A program made the translations under genes and the position numbers. DNA of 63,999 bases, the filler included, from Reticulomyxa filosa (taxonomy: Eukaryota; Protista; Foraminifera): the NCBI GenBank assembly GCA_000512085.1. It is 16 parts of 16 records of this genome, joined end to end, with 100 filler letters (N's around TTAATTAATTAA, not from the genome) between each part and the next. Parts side by side here need not be neighbours in the genome. Positions count along the whole stretch, not along the records: positions 53,913 to 62,814 come from ASPP01023963.1; positions 62,915 to 63,999 come from ASPP01040002.1; 14 more parts are not named here. One strand, given 5' to 3'. Of this stretch, positions 62,034 to 63,999 are shown piece by piece. The notes beneath the pieces are model-generated. The model saw only the letters and a list, made by a program, of their open reading frames with translations. It was not told the DNA's origin and did not search any database. Every line of letters begins with the position of its first letter. Positions within the stretch are counted from its first letter, which is position 1.

Positions 62034-62814
62034 TCATAAAGGCTTCAAATTTTTTGGCAATTTCTTGGAAAGGCTTTGTTGTTTGGGTGATATGATTTTG
62101 GAATGCATGCGAATAGGTAAATGTAAAGCCGGAATTTGTTCACCCGGATCATCCGAGCTATTTACATGTTGTTCATCTGCAGTAGCAATTGCATCAATTT
62201 CTTGGATTTCCACGTGACTTTTGGACAAAAGCACGGGTGTTGCGCTTGGACGTTTTTCATGTTTGTGCTCTATTGTAGTTAATGTGGGTGATGAAAAGTC
62301 TATTGAGGCAATCAACAAGGGCGATATTTTGGTTTAAATCTCTTTCAGTCAAGCATTTAAATAGTTTTTTTTAAAAAAATAAGTATATATGTAATTATTT
62401 TTCCTTCCTTTTGTTGTCTCGTGTTTGAGATTATAAAAAAAAAAATTATCAACTAACTAAATTGTGTTGCTTGAGCTCCCTCAAAGTTGTGAATATGTCT
62501 GTACAACAAAGGTGATTGACTTTGAGAAGGCAAGCCACTCTGCGAGGTTTGGGTTTGTGAAAAATCATTTGCCATCGACTGACTGGGCTGATGGGATTTG
62601 CTTGTCGTACTAGTGTAATGTGACAAATCCAATGACAAGGGTACGTGGCGACGTCTTCCATGAGGGGTGGGTTTGTCATCGATATGAATAACCGCTTTGC
62701 GAGTGGCTCCACGTTTGTTATGGTTATGCGTGCTGCTCACGGCTATGGACAGAGTCGGAGAAGAAGCAACATTTCGAAATGATGGCGTTCTGTTGGACTC
62801 GGCCACAGACGCAG
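62034..62814 (-). CDS. 3' exons of an S/H-rich hypothetical protein
   Basis: ORFs 62453-62806 and 62034-62318 separated by an A/T-rich intron-like segment. Confidence 0.5.
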
Positions 62815-63470
62815 NNNNNNNNNNNNNNNNNNNNNNNNNNNNNNNNNNNNNNNNNNNNTTAATTAATTAANNNNNNNNNNNNNNNNNNNNNNNNNNNNNN
62901 NNNNNNNNNNNNNNTTTTTTCAGTTTATTGACTTCTATTCATTTGTATTATTATGTACTAAAAATGTAAATACGTTGAATTTTCGACAGAGATTTCGGTG
63001 TACAATTATTACACATAGCTGTGTATTGCAAAAGACAAAACTTGCTGTCAACATATCTTTCTCTAGAATGTAATAATGTTTCAAAAGTTAGTACATGACA
63101 TTGTGATTGTACTATTCAACTTTGAAGATAGTTTAATTAGTTGATTCAATACTTGTTTCATTGTAATTTTTTAAATGACAAAAAGAGTTCTCGCACTATG
63201 TATTTAATATGATTGCATTTTCATTTTATTTCTCTTTGAGAAAAGAAAGTTAGTTTATGCAGTAAAAACAAGCTGGTGTCTATCAATGTCAGATTATTTT
63301 TGTCAACGCAAATTATTTTAAAATCAACTTTGTGCAAAAAAAGATATAACAATTGTCAAAAACATTACCTATTGAAAATTAAATTTATTGTGCATTTCAT
63401 TAAAAATTAGCGTTGCAGTTAAAACAGTTGTATAAAAAAAATTGATAATCACGTATGTAACTTGTTTCTT

Positions 63471-63610
63471 CTCCAAAAAAAAACTCTACATCAATTGGAG
63501 TGACTCCACAAAAAACCTCTACTTTAATTGGAGTGACCCCAGAAAAACTCTGCTTTAATTGGGGTAATTCCAAAAAAACTTTGCATTAATTCGAGCGACT
63601 CCAAAAAAAT
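63471..63610. repeat. About 31-33-bp degenerate tandem repeat x4 with an internal palindrome
   Basis: AAAAAACTCTACWTYAATTGGAGTGACTCC-like units. TGGAG-TGA-CTCCA is an inverted repeat. Confidence 0.8.
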
Positions 63611-63999
63611 TAGTTTGAATTTTTAATGAATAAACACGATAAAAAAAGACAAAAATTGCATTAATGTTTGCTCAATTATTATTTAAAATGTTTTCCTCAA
63701 TAATATTTTGCATTTGGAACTGACAAGATTGATATTCATTTTATCACAACCAAGTCTAGAATAAGTGATAAAAAGAACAAAAAATAGACACAAAAAAACA
63801 GTTTTGTGAAATCATCCTTTCATGTCGGATTGTTTCTACTTCTGGATCCTAATACATTCAAGAAATATTACCTATTTCAATGATACTTATAATTCAAATT
63901 GCAAATTAATAAATTTGTCCTCAATTATAATAACTTTCAAATAAATGATCAAAAGCAATCTAAAAAGTCACTTTGGTTGAAAGTGTAAAAAAATACTCC

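Larger units (their letters stand above)
15672..62914. other. 15 artificial contig-joining spacers (N44-TTAATTAATTAA-N44) at 15672-15771, 17439-17538, 19828-19927, 21829-21928, 24839-24938, 27742-27841, 31628-31727, 35672-35771, 37913-38012, 39957-40056, 41177-41276, 46808-46907, 48294-48393, 53813-53912, 62815-62914
   Basis: Identical 100-nt structure each time. TTAATTAATTAA is palindromic and gives stops in all six frames. Genes are cut at the spacers and base composition changes abruptly across them. Confidence 0.98.

Noticed and set aside
63471-63610. CRISPR array
   Set aside because: Units are adjacent with no unique spacers, there are no cas genes, and the context is eukaryotic.

Overview
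This window is not one locus. It is 16 unrelated short contigs joined by 15 identical 100-nt artificial spacers (N44-TTAATTAATTAA-N44). Fifteen contigs are AT-rich, intron-containing protist DNA with short (about 55-220 nt) GT-AG introns and many homopolymer indels. The expanded Kelch, WD40 and ART-like gene families look like those of the foraminiferan Reticulomyxa filosa; this is inferred from family recognition, not checked. One contig (35772-37912) is GC-rich bacterial DNA carrying the dnaJ 3' end, a terminator and an alanine/glycine:cation symporter. Conserved genes are Ku70, dynein light chain LC8, dynactin Arp11, TEX9, SWI3/SMARCC, a Tul1-like RING E3, a J-domain protein and a formin. 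Splicing the genes by hand shows several unusual architectures that the ORF track misses: (1) an F-box fused to an E2/UBC fold whose catalytic Cys is Ser; (2) an XK-family membrane protein spliced in frame to a long ankyrin domain; (3) a PH domain fused to fimbrin-type CH domains; (4) an iodothyronine deiodinase homolog with Cys instead of Sec, with that codon split by an intron; (5) a FYVE/coiled-coil/2xLIM protein; (6) a formin whose FH1 region is built from GGAPLP repeats. A roughly 30-aa motif (I.[HY]W.R.L.IK.GWI..FDK....Y) sits N-terminal in the WD40 genes and C-terminal in the Kelch genes. It is a candidate lineage-specific adaptor 'box'. Degenerate retroelement/transposon remnants and a Ras-like pseudogene are also present. 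All domain calls come from motifs recognised by eye; no database search was run.
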